From assembly GCA_964658305.1 (NCBI GenBank), contig OZ210885.1:19468001-19532000 (forward strand): DNA of 64,000 bases. The letters are read 5' to 3'. Positions 1-11,573 of the stretch are shown here, piece after piece. A program made the position numbers and the translations under genes. Position 1 is the stretch's first letter, and each line of letters begins with the position of its first letter. The DNA comes from Leptogorgia sarmentosa (Eukaryota). The notes below the pieces were generated by a model. The model ran no database searches. It saw only the letters and a program-made list of their open reading frames with translations, and was not told where the DNA came from.

Positions 1-467
1 TGTGACAGGGAGAAAAAAAATCTACCTAATGGTATTCTTATCTATTTTCCTAGCGATGTGGTAAGTTTATATTTTTCTTACTTTCATAAAAAATATTTTG
101 GGACATCACACTATGACTCTCAATTGATTTTTTTGGAAAATCAAATGCAGTGTGACTCATGTGACACAAAAATGTGACTCACTCGACTAGTGACAAATGG
201 TTTAAAATATGTAAAATGAGCAAGTTTTGGTCAAGTTTCCCTCACTGTCCATAGAACTATTCATGTTCAATCAAAGTTACTCCATGGCAAGAATCATGTG
301 AAGAAAAATGTGAGTCACATGACCAATAATGAATTATATCTAGAAATACAGTAAAAACTGATATAACATTACAAACATCTTGTAAAAATTTCAGTTAATT
401 GAGTACAAATCAAATGTTTGATCAAATTAAACCCCAAACACTTGCACAAGCCACAAAATGTTACTGA

Positions 468-773
468 TCACATGTCCTCAACTTTGCTTCTGAAAGCTTG
501 TTGAACACTGTGGTACTCGGAATCAGTTAACTTTACTGTTGAGCATCTGGAAGAGGAAAGTGGTGTTGGTGATTCTATTTTGAGAAAAATGTCACCTGCA
601 GGAACTACATGTATGTCATTGGTTGGTTTGAAACAATTTACATCTTCTGCTGTTTGATGCACAAATTCCATAGTGACATGACCATCTTCCTCAATTTGCA
701 ATGCTCTACCAATAAACCAATAGTTGTTCGGTCTCCAATATACAGCATACCACTGACCAATCTCTGTTGCCAT
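468..773 (-). other. Orphan ORF fragment, possibly the C-terminal domain of a DNA-transposon protein
   Basis: 101-aa ORF (GQWYAVYW...YWFIGRAL) abutting the BEL gag remnant; no diagnostic catalytic motif seen. Confidence 0.25.
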
Positions 774-789
774 TGGTATAACATCTTGG

Positions 790-1341
790 GTTGATCTACT
801 GCTTGTAGTTCAACTTCAGATCGTTTTTGTTTTATTTTCAGTTCCTCTAATTGCTCATGCAGTTTTTTGCATCGCGTTTGCTTTCGCTTCTAGTGCAGCT
901 TGTTTCACGGCAGCTCCGAACTGTTGTAGCAGCTGAACGTGATTCAGAACGTGATGACTTATGCCTCCCAGTGACGGACATAGAATCTTCCAGTTGAATT
1001 TAATTGGGGGTTCTTGCAGATTTTGACTGGCCGTTTGTTCAAGCCATGATTTAGTTTTCAATTGATGTTCTAAAACAAGTGACGGAGTTGAAGTACAAGC
1101 TGGATTCATTGATATCGTGCTCATCTTTGAGCAAACTGTGCTAGGCTTAATGCACATTTATGAATTGCTTTAAAACTCCATCTAATTCTGCAGCAATTTC
1201 TTTTACAGATTCGGCATTATCGCATGATGTCAGTATCTCGTTGACCTTATTAGCCTTTCTAGTTACGTTTCCCTTTGCGATACTTCACACCTTTTCTAAT
1301 TGCTCCGTAATTTGTTCAATATTTGGTTTATTTTGATCCAT
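790..1341 (-). pseudogene. Decayed BEL/Pao gag N-terminal fragment
   Basis: Minus-strand reading MDQNKPNIEQ...KGNVTRKANKVNEIL...with several stops, then a Ser-rich tract and a coiled coil (AALEAKANAM...EQLEELKIKQ); same layout as the BEL gag at 28670. Confidence 0.5.
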
Positions 1342-2051
1342 AATTAGAGAGCGTTGAGTGGTCCAGACGTTTTAATTTAAATTGGAGACAGAGTTCGGCA
1401 AGAAATTCCTTGCATTTCTTTACCAGTGCCGCAAGCACAAAAACAGTCGGTGAATTCGTCAAATTCTTTAAATTTTTTTATTGTGTATCAACTTTGAACT
1501 TAAATGTAATCTCACTGGTGAAAAATGAGTGGACTGAACTAACGACTGAAACCTATAAGTTTACACTCGGGTTGAATAATGTCCAGATTAATCGAACTCA
1601 ATAGAATAGGAGAGACACAATTGAACAACTAGATTGACATGTTCCGATTGACACCAGGCTGCATAATTCGCATCCTGTGATTAAGGTGATGACGCTTACG
1701 AAACATTCGCGTTTTAAAACTAACAATGATCATTGGAATAAACATCTTATCAGTTCCCAGAAAATTCTGTCCCATCCGTAGCCTGTGAGTGCTGGACTGT
1801 CTTTGAACTAGTGTAGTGTAGTGTCAGCATAGAGGTTTTTGGGATTTGAAACACCTAACTTCCATTACCCGCAATTGAAAATGAAGCAAATAAATTGCTT
1901 CTATTACTTACAATGGAAATTTTATGGGGCACCTTTAAAATTTGGATGTCTATTAAGTATTGCTTCTCGCCCTCGGTGAACCAATGAGACAAAGTGGTTC
2001 AACTGAGGTGTTGATGGTAAATCCGGGTCAGAGAATATGAATTGCATTGCT

Positions 2052-2300
2052 TCAGAGAATATGAATTGCATTGCTAGGGCCAGATGTGGTTGGACTGGAA
2101 AGTGGTGTTGTTTGCAAATTTGAAATAGTGCTTGACTGTGACACTTCCACATCTTTTGCACTGTTTGTTGCTCGGGTTAATGATGCTGATATGCTCCTTG
2201 ATTGATCTCGAGATACATTCTGGGCATAAGATTGTATGCTAGCTTCACTTCTATGTCCAGATATGGCCATTATGTGTCTAGCTTCATAGCCGGAGAGTAT
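2052..2300 (-). pseudogene. Crypton-type tyrosine recombinase C-terminal remnant
   Basis: GYEARHIMAISGHRSEASIQSY matches the catalytic H...Y box of Crypton/DUF3504-like recombinases; the upstream part is missing. Confidence 0.7.
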
Positions 2301-2521
2301 AAAAGATTTGTATTTCTGACCATCTTTCTTCTTGGCAGTAGCCTAGAATTTAACCAAATTTTTATCGAGGTTTACAGGGTCTTTGCCTCAGTTACGTCAA
2401 CAACACAGGAAAAACGTTGAAGGCAAGCTTCGTTATTTTTTTCGTATTGTTGACGTCTTTGTTGCTCAATAGTCTCCGAATTTCTTCGCTTACCCGGCTA
2501 TTATAGCCATATCGCATCTAA

Positions 2522-2540
2522 ATATATATATATATATATA
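2522..2540. repeat. (TA)n microsatellite, left flank of the Penelope-like element
   Basis: Direct reading. Confidence 0.9.
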
Positions 2541-5182
2541 GTATACGTATAAAGTAAATAAGGACGCTTTAAAATGTAAACATTTTACTTCAGGTTTCTG
2601 GAGGTGTCCCTCCGTCTTCAGAAAGTTTACAATGATTTGATTAATCACAAGGTTTCCTAACTTATATACATGTGTGGTTTAATATTAAAGATATTAAATG
2701 CTATTGTCCTATAGTTCTAAGGATATTAAAAATGCTATTGTCCTAATTCTAAAAAGTTAAAAAGTCCCTAGGGTTTGAAATTTCTAAATAAGAATGGTGC
2801 TCTATGCCTGCATGATGATGCCAGTTCGTTGCGTTTATTTAAAGTCCCTAGTTCCGGTCTACGAATTATGAATACTTTTTCTAGGTTGCATAGCTCGCAT
2901 CGTTTGGTTTTATTGCTGTAAGGTTTCGCTGCTCGTAAAATTTCCCATTCTATGTTATAGTCTTTCTGTTGGTCTTTTAAATTCCAAATATATTTACTAA
3001 GTTCCGTGTTATTGCGTTTGTTTGCGTTCTTGAATGTGGTTTTGTTTCCGTTATATCTTTCTTTAAATGTGTTCTTAGTCAATCCAATATATGTCTCTTT
3101 GCCTTCGCTTGTTGTTACAGTAGCCTGGTATATGATCGATTCTCTGAGGCATTGGCCCTTCATGGGACAATTGTCTTGATTTCTACAGTTACATAACTTC
3201 TTATTGCCGTCCGTACTCCTTGTGCATCTTTTCTTATCTATGGTTTTCTTGTTGTGTCCGTCGATTATGTTCTTCATGTTGGGCATACAACAATAGCTTA
3301 ACTTGACTGTGTTGGTATTGAATATCTTATGCAGTTTATGTTCTCGAGGGAATTGCTCTTTTATGATTTTAAGGAATGCATGACCGATGCTGGTCTGGAC
3401 ATTATTTGAATATGGTGGGTTGTACCAAATTATCTTCCTTGCTCTATTTCTCCTGTTTCCTTCTTCTTGCTCCTCGTATTTCAATTCGTGGTTGTATCCG
3501 CTTTTCTTCAGTGCTTCTTGGTATAGCGGTTTTGCGTTATTAAACACTTCCTCACAGCTGGAAATTTCGGACAGTCTTTTGTTAATTGCCGAAGGTAGGT
3601 TTCTTATGATCACTGGTGGGTGGTTTGACTTCGCATGTATATATGCTGGTGTGTTATTCGGTTTGGCATATGGTTCAAAGCTATTTTTGGCAAGGTCAAA
3701 TGTTACGTCGAGGAAATTGGTGGTGTTCAAGTTAGCTTCGACTGTTATTTTCAAGCCGTTTTCTTTGAAGACTTTGCATATACTTTTCTTAATTCTTTCC
3801 ACTTCTTGGGGTGTAGCTTTGAATGCACCTAACCCGTCATCTCTATAGAGCCCGATGTTATTGCCATGTTTTTCTTCTATAATAGACAAGATGTAGTTGC
3901 CGACTAATTCGCACGTTTCTGCTCCGTCCCAACTGCCCATCGTCACATCGAACAGATCTTTCTTTTGGGTTTTCCCCCAAGTTGATTCATCAGTATGCAT
4001 GAGTGATCTTTTCGCATGTGTAATTATGTCACGCTCGTCTGGAGTAATTGTGTCGAATTGACAGGCGAAATCGAGTGCTTTGTTTAATAGTTCCTCTGTG
4101 ATAGATGAGTAGTAATCTACGACGTCGAAAGATATAAATCTGCATTCAGGTTTGTTCTCGATACTTTTAAACCAGTTTATAACATCAGCCGTGTTTCTCC
4201 ATATGTTTACTCCAGTTTGCTGTAGTACGTTCTTGTTAATTCTATCAAGGATGCATTTGCTTATTTTTCCGATTTCAGCCTTGGTTGGGTTTATTAGGCG
4301 GTATTTGGGGTTGGTATTGAAATTCGGCTTATGTCCTTTATGGTAATGAATGGTTCTTTTTTTGCTGTCGTTTCTATTCTATCGTCTAGTCCTAGCTTTT
4401 CAGTGATGATTTTTGACCGTTTCTCTATGTTGACTGCTATATTTTCGTCGATCTTCTTGTACGTTTTTGTCACGTTTTCATGCAGGACCTTTTTATAGTT
4501 ATCGGGTTTCATACGGTAGAAGTTGTTGGTCTTGTTGGCTTTGATTAATACGTCGGTCGAGCTCTTAATTTTGTTCTTAATATCGTGGGATAATTTCGTT
4601 TGAAAATCGCTGGGTTTTGTCTGTTGTTTGAATGTAATGTTGCTTACGAGCGTTAACATGCTTTCTTCGAATTTTTTCAGTTCTTCAATGGCCGGTGGTG
4701 AATTATTTGATTTGAATCCGAATGTTTGTTTCCTATTTTGCGTTGCGTTCGGGTTAAGGTAGAAATAAGCTTTCCAGCGCATACGTCGTATAAACTCCTC
4801 GGTTTTCTCTATAATCTTCGCAATATATGTGTTTGGAGGTGGTATAGGGATGTTTTTTGTTGAATAATCGAATCTTACGCGGTCCATACTTCCAATCTTG
4901 AAGGTGTAGAGTGCTCAACAATACTCAGTAGAGGAGCTATTTATATGTGTATCCAAAGCTTTCTTCAGGTTGGTATAGAGTGCTCAATGATCCTGATGGT
5001 CAGAGCTTATAGTATACGTATAAAGTAAATAAGGACGCTTTAAAATGTAAACATTTTACTTCAAGTTTCTGGAGGTGTCCCACCGTCTGGAGGTGTCCCT
5101 CCGTTTTCTGGAGGTGTCCCTCCGTTTTCTGGAGGTGTCCCTCCCTTGTGATTAATCAAATCATTGTAAACTTTCTGAAGAC
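2538..5182 (-). mobile_element. Penelope-like retroelement with C-terminal GIY-YIG endonuclease (possibly Hydra clade)
   Basis: RT-EN ORF; pseudo-LTR direct repeat (2538-2616 vs 5008-5088); inverted segment 5144-5182 matching 2614-2652; (TA)n on both flanks. Confidence 0.9.
2768..4887 (-). pseudogene. PLE reverse transcriptase + GIY-YIG endonuclease with one frameshift near 4333
   Basis: Motifs SFDVVDYYSSI, TMGSWDG, LYRDDG, NFLDV, WYNPPY, CNCR..CP..GQCL, IIY...YIG, KRCELCNLEK; adding 1 nt at ~4333 restores KDHKPNF..PKYRLINP. Confidence 0.9.
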
Positions 5183-5275
5183 ATAGATATATATATATAT
5201 ATATAGATATATATATATATAGATATATATATATATATAGATATATATAGATATATATATGTAGATAGATATATA
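5183..5275. repeat. (TA)n/(TAGA) microsatellite, right flank of the PLE
   Basis: Direct reading. Confidence 0.9.
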
Positions 5276-5519
5276 CAAACTTATACCTGACTTTTGCATA
5301 TATAAAGACTGTGATTTATTATTATTTATTATATTTTATTTAGGTATGGCTTAGGTTTAGAAAAAAGTGGTGTTAATAGTAGAGGGGCTTATTTGACGGG
5401 GGGAGGAGGGTAAATAGAGAGAATATGGTAAATTGTTAATATTGATGTATCATACATGTAATATGGATAAATGAAAGTTGGATTGTTAACACCTTGTGAA
5501 GCATACTTCATAATCATGG

Positions 5520-8500
5520 GCAGTGAAACAGTTGACACTGTGTGCTGGTATAATGAACTCCAAACCAATGATCGCATCCTAACCAGTCTGCATTGTCACC
5601 TTTCTTACAGATCTTGCATACTACTGTGTTACTCCACCTACAAGAGTGAATTAAAGTTCAGTTTCAGCATTTTCCCAATTCTAATTACTGTAGCTTGAAA
5701 ATGCAACTTGATTCATAAATATACACATAGACAAACAGTGCTGTTAATCCATCAGGCAGCAGCTTCCCTCCCTTGATAACTAAAATCATTTGGTGGTAGA
5801 CAGAGTGAAATGAATTGTGCTTGAGAGTGAAATGCAACTTATTGATTTAAGGCATCATATTATTTAAGTAGTAGGTCATACATGTCTATGTCATAACAGG
5901 AACGAAATAACTTGGGCATAATTATTCTGCGTTCCTTCTTTTGTCACATCAAGATTTTGAATAATGCATCTTGCAAACTAAAAAATATAAAGTTATGGAG
6001 CAATCACATTGTCAGATTTCATAGTCTCACATATTCACTAAAAATGTTTCAATTAGTGTAATACAAGATGTGTTCGTACTAGTGTGGCTTGAACTTATAA
6101 AATATAACTTATATTAGCTTACCCAATATTTTAATAGTATTCATGCATTAATGACTGCTCTACCCCTATAGTAAATATGAGAGCATTTCTTAACATCATT
6201 GTAGCTGTTTATTACTAAAGAGTATCTTTCAACAAATACCTTAAATCATTCAAATGCATTAGCAGTGCAGGATGGGAACATGGTGTGAGAGAACCAGCAC
6301 ATTTCCCTTCATATTGATGAAAAGAAAGCTTCATCTTTGACCACTCGTCAACAGCCTGTCAGTAAAAACACAGTGTGATACTGATTAGAACAATTGGAAT
6401 TTTGTGCATACTGTTTGGTACTGAGTTTGGAGGATTTGGAGAATAGGTGAAGCAGGGGGGGGGGGGGATTTTTCCTAGAATGATCTACAGTGTGAAATAC
6501 TCACAAAAAGACTCCAGTGATTTCCAGAAATATTAATTGGGAACAAAATCACTTGTGTACTTTCAAAGTTAACCCCAGAACAAGTACGACAAGTGCTACC
6601 GCAACGCATAACTACTTGTCAAACATAAGATGCAGCTGCGAAAACAGTCCTGTGTTTGTTTTGAAGGCACTGTAAATAACCATCTATTACCACCTTTGTA
6701 AAAATAATAAGAGATAAAATGTAAGTAGATTCATTGTTGCAATGTAATCATTCATGTACATATATTGTGAAATAGCAGTACTTACACTGCCGGTTAGCCA
6801 TCCTGCAATAAATTATCGTACTTTTCCTTAACTTGCTGATACTCCTCAGGCATTACTGTTTTCTGCTCAAGTATGGTCCACAAATCAGCTACATTTAAGT
6901 TCATAAGTTGTACTTCCAACATGGTATCTCTAAACTTACATCCATTCTCTTTTGCCAGTTTTATTCTTTGTACCACATTACATATTATGTTCCTTAATAA
7001 ACATAAAAATATACGTACTGTACTTCTAATCAAATTGATTAATTAAAATTATCAAAGCTTTTGTGGTCCAGACCAGTAAGACAACAGAATTAACAGATCC
7101 CGTAAGATGGGTTGCGCCTTACAGGTATAGCTGGCATCATTTTCGTTAAGCAGTTTTTCGTTAATGTTTGTCTGTCAGCTCTTACCATAGAATGTCTTCA
7201 CAATAAGGCATTATATAGTGAAACAATCAATAAAATAACCAATAAAATAATAACCCAATGAAATTCCTAACCTCTATATGATTACTACTAGTTTCATTCA
7301 CACCGCATGCACTAACAAATCAGCTTACTTTATATTGTTCCTGTTTTTAGGCTTTTCGAGATTTCCCAAGACCGTGTTGACTTCTGGTAAATCCAGGCTG
7401 TTTCCATCTTTGTGGCCATTTTGCTTGGTATCTGGGATGACAACTAAGGTGACAACTGACTTGCTGCTGTCTTGAAAATGGTCGTTGTTGTTAATCACGT
7501 CTTCGCGTTCATCACATTTCACATTAATGTTGCAGTTTGTTTCATGCCTGCTGTCGTTTACTGTGGATTTGACCTCGTCTGTATCGAGGGTAATAAAGAC
7601 GTTATTGAGATACATATCGGATAATCTAGAAAAGTCCTAGGTGTTGAACACTGCATAAAAGTGCTTGCATGGGAAATGTGTCTTGCGCCATACTTCACAT
7701 GTGCATTCTGGATTTTAAAGATTTACAGAATAGACCACTGCGTTCCCTGATGAACTTCTAACAGTAACACCTTTATTTGCATCGATGCAATGGATGTCAC
7801 TCTTGTGAAAATCACCAGCCGCGAACCTGCTCATCATACAGTGCTTTAGAAAGTGGGATGGACAGCAGAGTCTTGGAAGAATGTCGTTGTTGTGCACTCT
7901 GTGAGCTTAAGTTGAGATTGGCATCTTTGTATTGTTGGTAGGAATCAGGAATGATAGATTCGACCAAAATTAGTGCAATACCAAATGCTGACTTATCAAC
8001 TGATCTTGATCTTGATCTTGATAAATTATCATACTTAAAATGCTTTTTTGTGCTTCAAATCTATTGTTAGCATTTGCAATGTTAAGAGCTTGCTTTTTTG
8101 TGGCTTGCATCCAACGTTCAGCGCAAGATACCCATGTCTTCTCCACATACCGTTGGACATTTGGCTTCGTTGTGTAAACTTTTGATCTCTGTAGTTCCAA
8201 TCGAGCTGTGTTGTACATGGGTATAGTGCGAGCATTCGCTACACGCTGCAACAGAGCAGTAAGGAACTCTTGTTCCTCCTTTGAACTGAGGCCGTTTTTA
8301 GAGGAGCGTACCCATGGATTCCATGCCTGATTTCGGTGTAAATCGCATATAAAAGGCGACGCGTTTGGAAACTCCTTTCTGCTAATGAGTATCCCACCAA
8401 AAAAAATGACAGATTCCAACCGAGATTCCAGCCTTTGATGATGTTTAGCACCTCTGGTATGGACTCTGCATCCTCGTTTTCACAAATGAACTCTGCGACA

Positions 8501-8600
8501 ATTTTATAGCCCACATTGGCATGTACACACAAGAAAACAACAGAAGGGCGTACTTTGTAGTCTTATATGTTGCGTCAAGTAAAACAAATCTGACCCGTAC
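5520..8600 (-). pseudogene. Decayed Mutator/MULE transposase gene with SWIM finger, Ulp1-like and PHD-like exons
   Basis: LLDATYKTTKY, ICDLHRNQAW (8000-8600); SWIM CTCEVWRKTHFPCKH (~7655-7705); ILFPINISGNHWSLF followed by a GT donor (6505-6573); CKICKKGDNADWLGCD (~5570-5620). Confidence 0.65.
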
Positions 8601-9109
8601 CTTGCAAGGAGTAAAGTCAGTGCTCAAATGTTTGTCCGAATAGAAATCAACTTTGCTGTAGTCACTTGATTGTGTCTTTCATCATTCTGTACAAAACTAG
8701 TTGAAATCTTGTAATTATGTTTGGTTATGAGAACTAAAGCTCTGACAAAAATATGGAATAAAATATATTACGGGAGATATTCAGTTGTTTCAATCGAAAA
8801 ATGTATTTCTATCTGACAGCTAGTCCCAGTCCTTTTCTGTGATTTGAGATCACCTGGTTAGCATTGAAAATTAAAGACTTTTACCAAATGCAAATATTGT
8901 TAGGAGAATTTTCATTCAATTTTATATAGAGCCATCATCTGCCATACACATTCTAGAGATTTATTTACAGTACACACATTATTTGAGTGAGGTCGAGCAT
9001 GATATGGAGAATTATCAAGCGGAAGTTAGTTTCATGATTTTTTCATATCATGTCACAGCAATATTGGTTGTAGGAAATATTTGAGGAAAGCATTTGTGTT
9101 GTTTCACAT

Positions 9110-9720
9110 TCCAGCTCCCGATTCGAATTCTCTAGCATTTCATTTACTTGCTCTTCCACAACTGGGCGAAGTGCATTTGGCAAACGCCAAGGCAACTGTT
9201 TGCCGGGCACTGCATCATGAGTTTCAATCTTGTGTTCTGACAAAGATGTTAGTCCTAGCTCTCCAGAACTTGTTGCGAATATATTGTGATGGCTATTTAA
9301 CAAATGTTGCATTTGCCTTTTCTGGTGTGGTTGTAGATGATGAAGATCAAAATCAACTTGTTCATTTCTTAGTTCCCTTGGCATAAATAGAGGATCAGTC
9401 ATCTCCACATCAGCCACCTGTTGTAGGTTTCCGACTTTCATTCCTTTATACAACTTCACTGGTTCTTTTCCAGGGTTGATTATTTGAATAGGCACTCTCT
9501 GCTCTTTCGGCATGACCACCCTAGGCAACCAATACACCTCTGCTTGAAAGAGTCATATTGGGTTCTAGAACACTTTCTGAGATGGTAGGATTCTTTACTC
9601 AAGCTGTTTGAAATAGTTCATGTTGTGCAGGAACTTCAATATCTTCATCCAAAACAACAGCTGATGGTTCGAACACACTTGAGTCAAATGCACACTTGAT
9701 TTTGGTTTGTTCTGATCGTA
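9110..9720 (-). pseudogene. Gypsy/Ty3 pol fragment (protease-RT linker to start of RT)
   Basis: IINPGKEPVKLYKGMKVG; IFATSSGELGLTSLSEHKIET..PGKQLPWRLP...EQVNEMLE. Confidence 0.7.
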
Positions 9721-9953
9721 TATTGGTCGGGTCCTACTAAACACTGTCCGAGACTGCCCGGGGACTGCCCGAAACTATCATTAAACACTTAAACTGCAGT
9801 GCATGGGGAGAAGATAAGATCAAAGCTCTGAAGCGACTCACGAATGAAATGAAACTGTTATGACAGAACAGAGTTAGGGAGAGTAGTTGCTAAACAGGCA
9901 CTGTGCGTATTGTGAAACAACTTGACTCTAGTAAATATAGCACAATAACTATA

Positions 9954-10782
9954 CCGGGTGGCGCAAAAAAAAGTATAACTGTTTGATTACTTATAACTCA
10001 AAAGCCGTACGCTGTAGTACCCTCAATGGAGTTTCATTACATCCAGCGATGTCTAACTTAAATTTTGGTATATTCGACAGGCATTTTCGTCCAAGATTGA
10101 CTGAGATATGAGAGTTTAAACTTTTGTTAACAATTTTGAAACCTTCACAAATTAGCTAAAAACGGCCTATTAAACTGATTTTATAACCGCGTCACTATTT
10201 TATCATAAGCAGTGTTTTAACAAACGTAGTTGAAGTGCAAATTTCATCTTCCTTGTAACAGAGATGCTTTCTCGTTTTTGTTTGCTGTTCGGCAACACAA
10301 AAATTGAGCTACAAGGCAAGATTGATTAAACGTTTTCTTCTAAATTTTAATTCGACGTCCAAAGGGAAGCTGAATTCTAAAATGCAAATGTCGCCTCGTA
10401 TGCTTCTAAGTAATAATTATGCCTCGTTTAACGAAGGACAAAAGAGTTGGCAAGACGCTGCATTCGTGCTTGGGGACATGCATTTCCTAACGAATAGACG
10501 TTTGTTTTACACAATCCGGAACACGGTACATCTCTTTACATGTCGTTAATGCTGTATTAATATTTAATAGGCCGTTTTTAGCTAATTTGTGAAGGTTTCA
10601 AAATTGTTATCAAAAGTTTAAACTCTCATATCTCAGTCAATCTTGGACGAAAATGCCTGTCAAATATACCAAAATTTAAGTTAGACATCGCTGGATGCAA
10701 TAAACTCCATTTAAGGTTCTACCGCATATGGTTTTTGAGTTATAAGTAATCAAACAGTTATACTTTTTTTTGCGCCACCCGG
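9954..10782. mobile_element. Non-autonomous Tc1/mariner-type element (MITE) with ~220-bp TIRs
   Basis: CCGGGTGGCGCAAAAAAAAGTATAAC... at 9954 and its reverse complement ending 10782; TA on both sides; TIRs ~9954-10174 and ~10563-10782; no coding capacity. Confidence 0.9.
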
Positions 10783-11573
10783 TATATAGTTTGTGTAGAG
10801 CACAAACAGAGAAAAATAACCATATGCAGCCCAATAGTAGTGGTAGAAAGATCTATAAAAATTTGCGAGAAAGAACGAATATGTGCTCCAGCCTTATTTC
10901 CGTTTCTGAAAGGCCCAAGTAACCACAGAGACTCAAAGAGTAAAAAAACAAATATATCCATATAAAAGTTGTCAAACAAAACACACAAACATTATATATT
11001 ATTATTTTAATATCAGTATTATTATCTATCACATCATTCATGCACGCAGTTCCAAGAAGTAATGGAATGTAAAATATGTATGCTATTTAATTAATTAAGG
11101 TGATTAGCGGGAACATTGTTTTTCATTCAATTTAATGACTTTGTTTTGGGAAAAATGGTCCTCAGATGTGAATGTATTGCTCTTAGCTTTTTTTTGCCTC
11201 GATGAAAATGCTTCATGTCAATGCCAATGTTTTTATATATAGTTCCCTCTAGATAGTTTCCTTGATTCAATCTGATAAATTCTGTAACATTAATAATCCC
11301 ATTAATAAATATTTGAGTTTTAGTTACTGTAATGCAAATTGCAATATACATGGTTACTGAATACTTTTTTAAATTACTCAAATTGAAATGTTGATACAAA
11401 CAATGTTGTTTCTTTTCGTTGAAAACGCATCTTTTGTCTTGGGAATATGTTGATTTGCATGATACAAACAGGCAAAAACACGCATGTCATTGATCCGATG
11501 AGATCATCAGTGTGTGGAAAAACCCCGCTCATTAGCATTACAATCACTTGTGAGTATATAGGTCAACAGTTTC

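Noticed and set aside
6454..6467. Poly-G run (also the C-rich tract at ~34997-35023) as functional G-quadruplex
   Set aside because: Short low-complexity tracts with no supporting context
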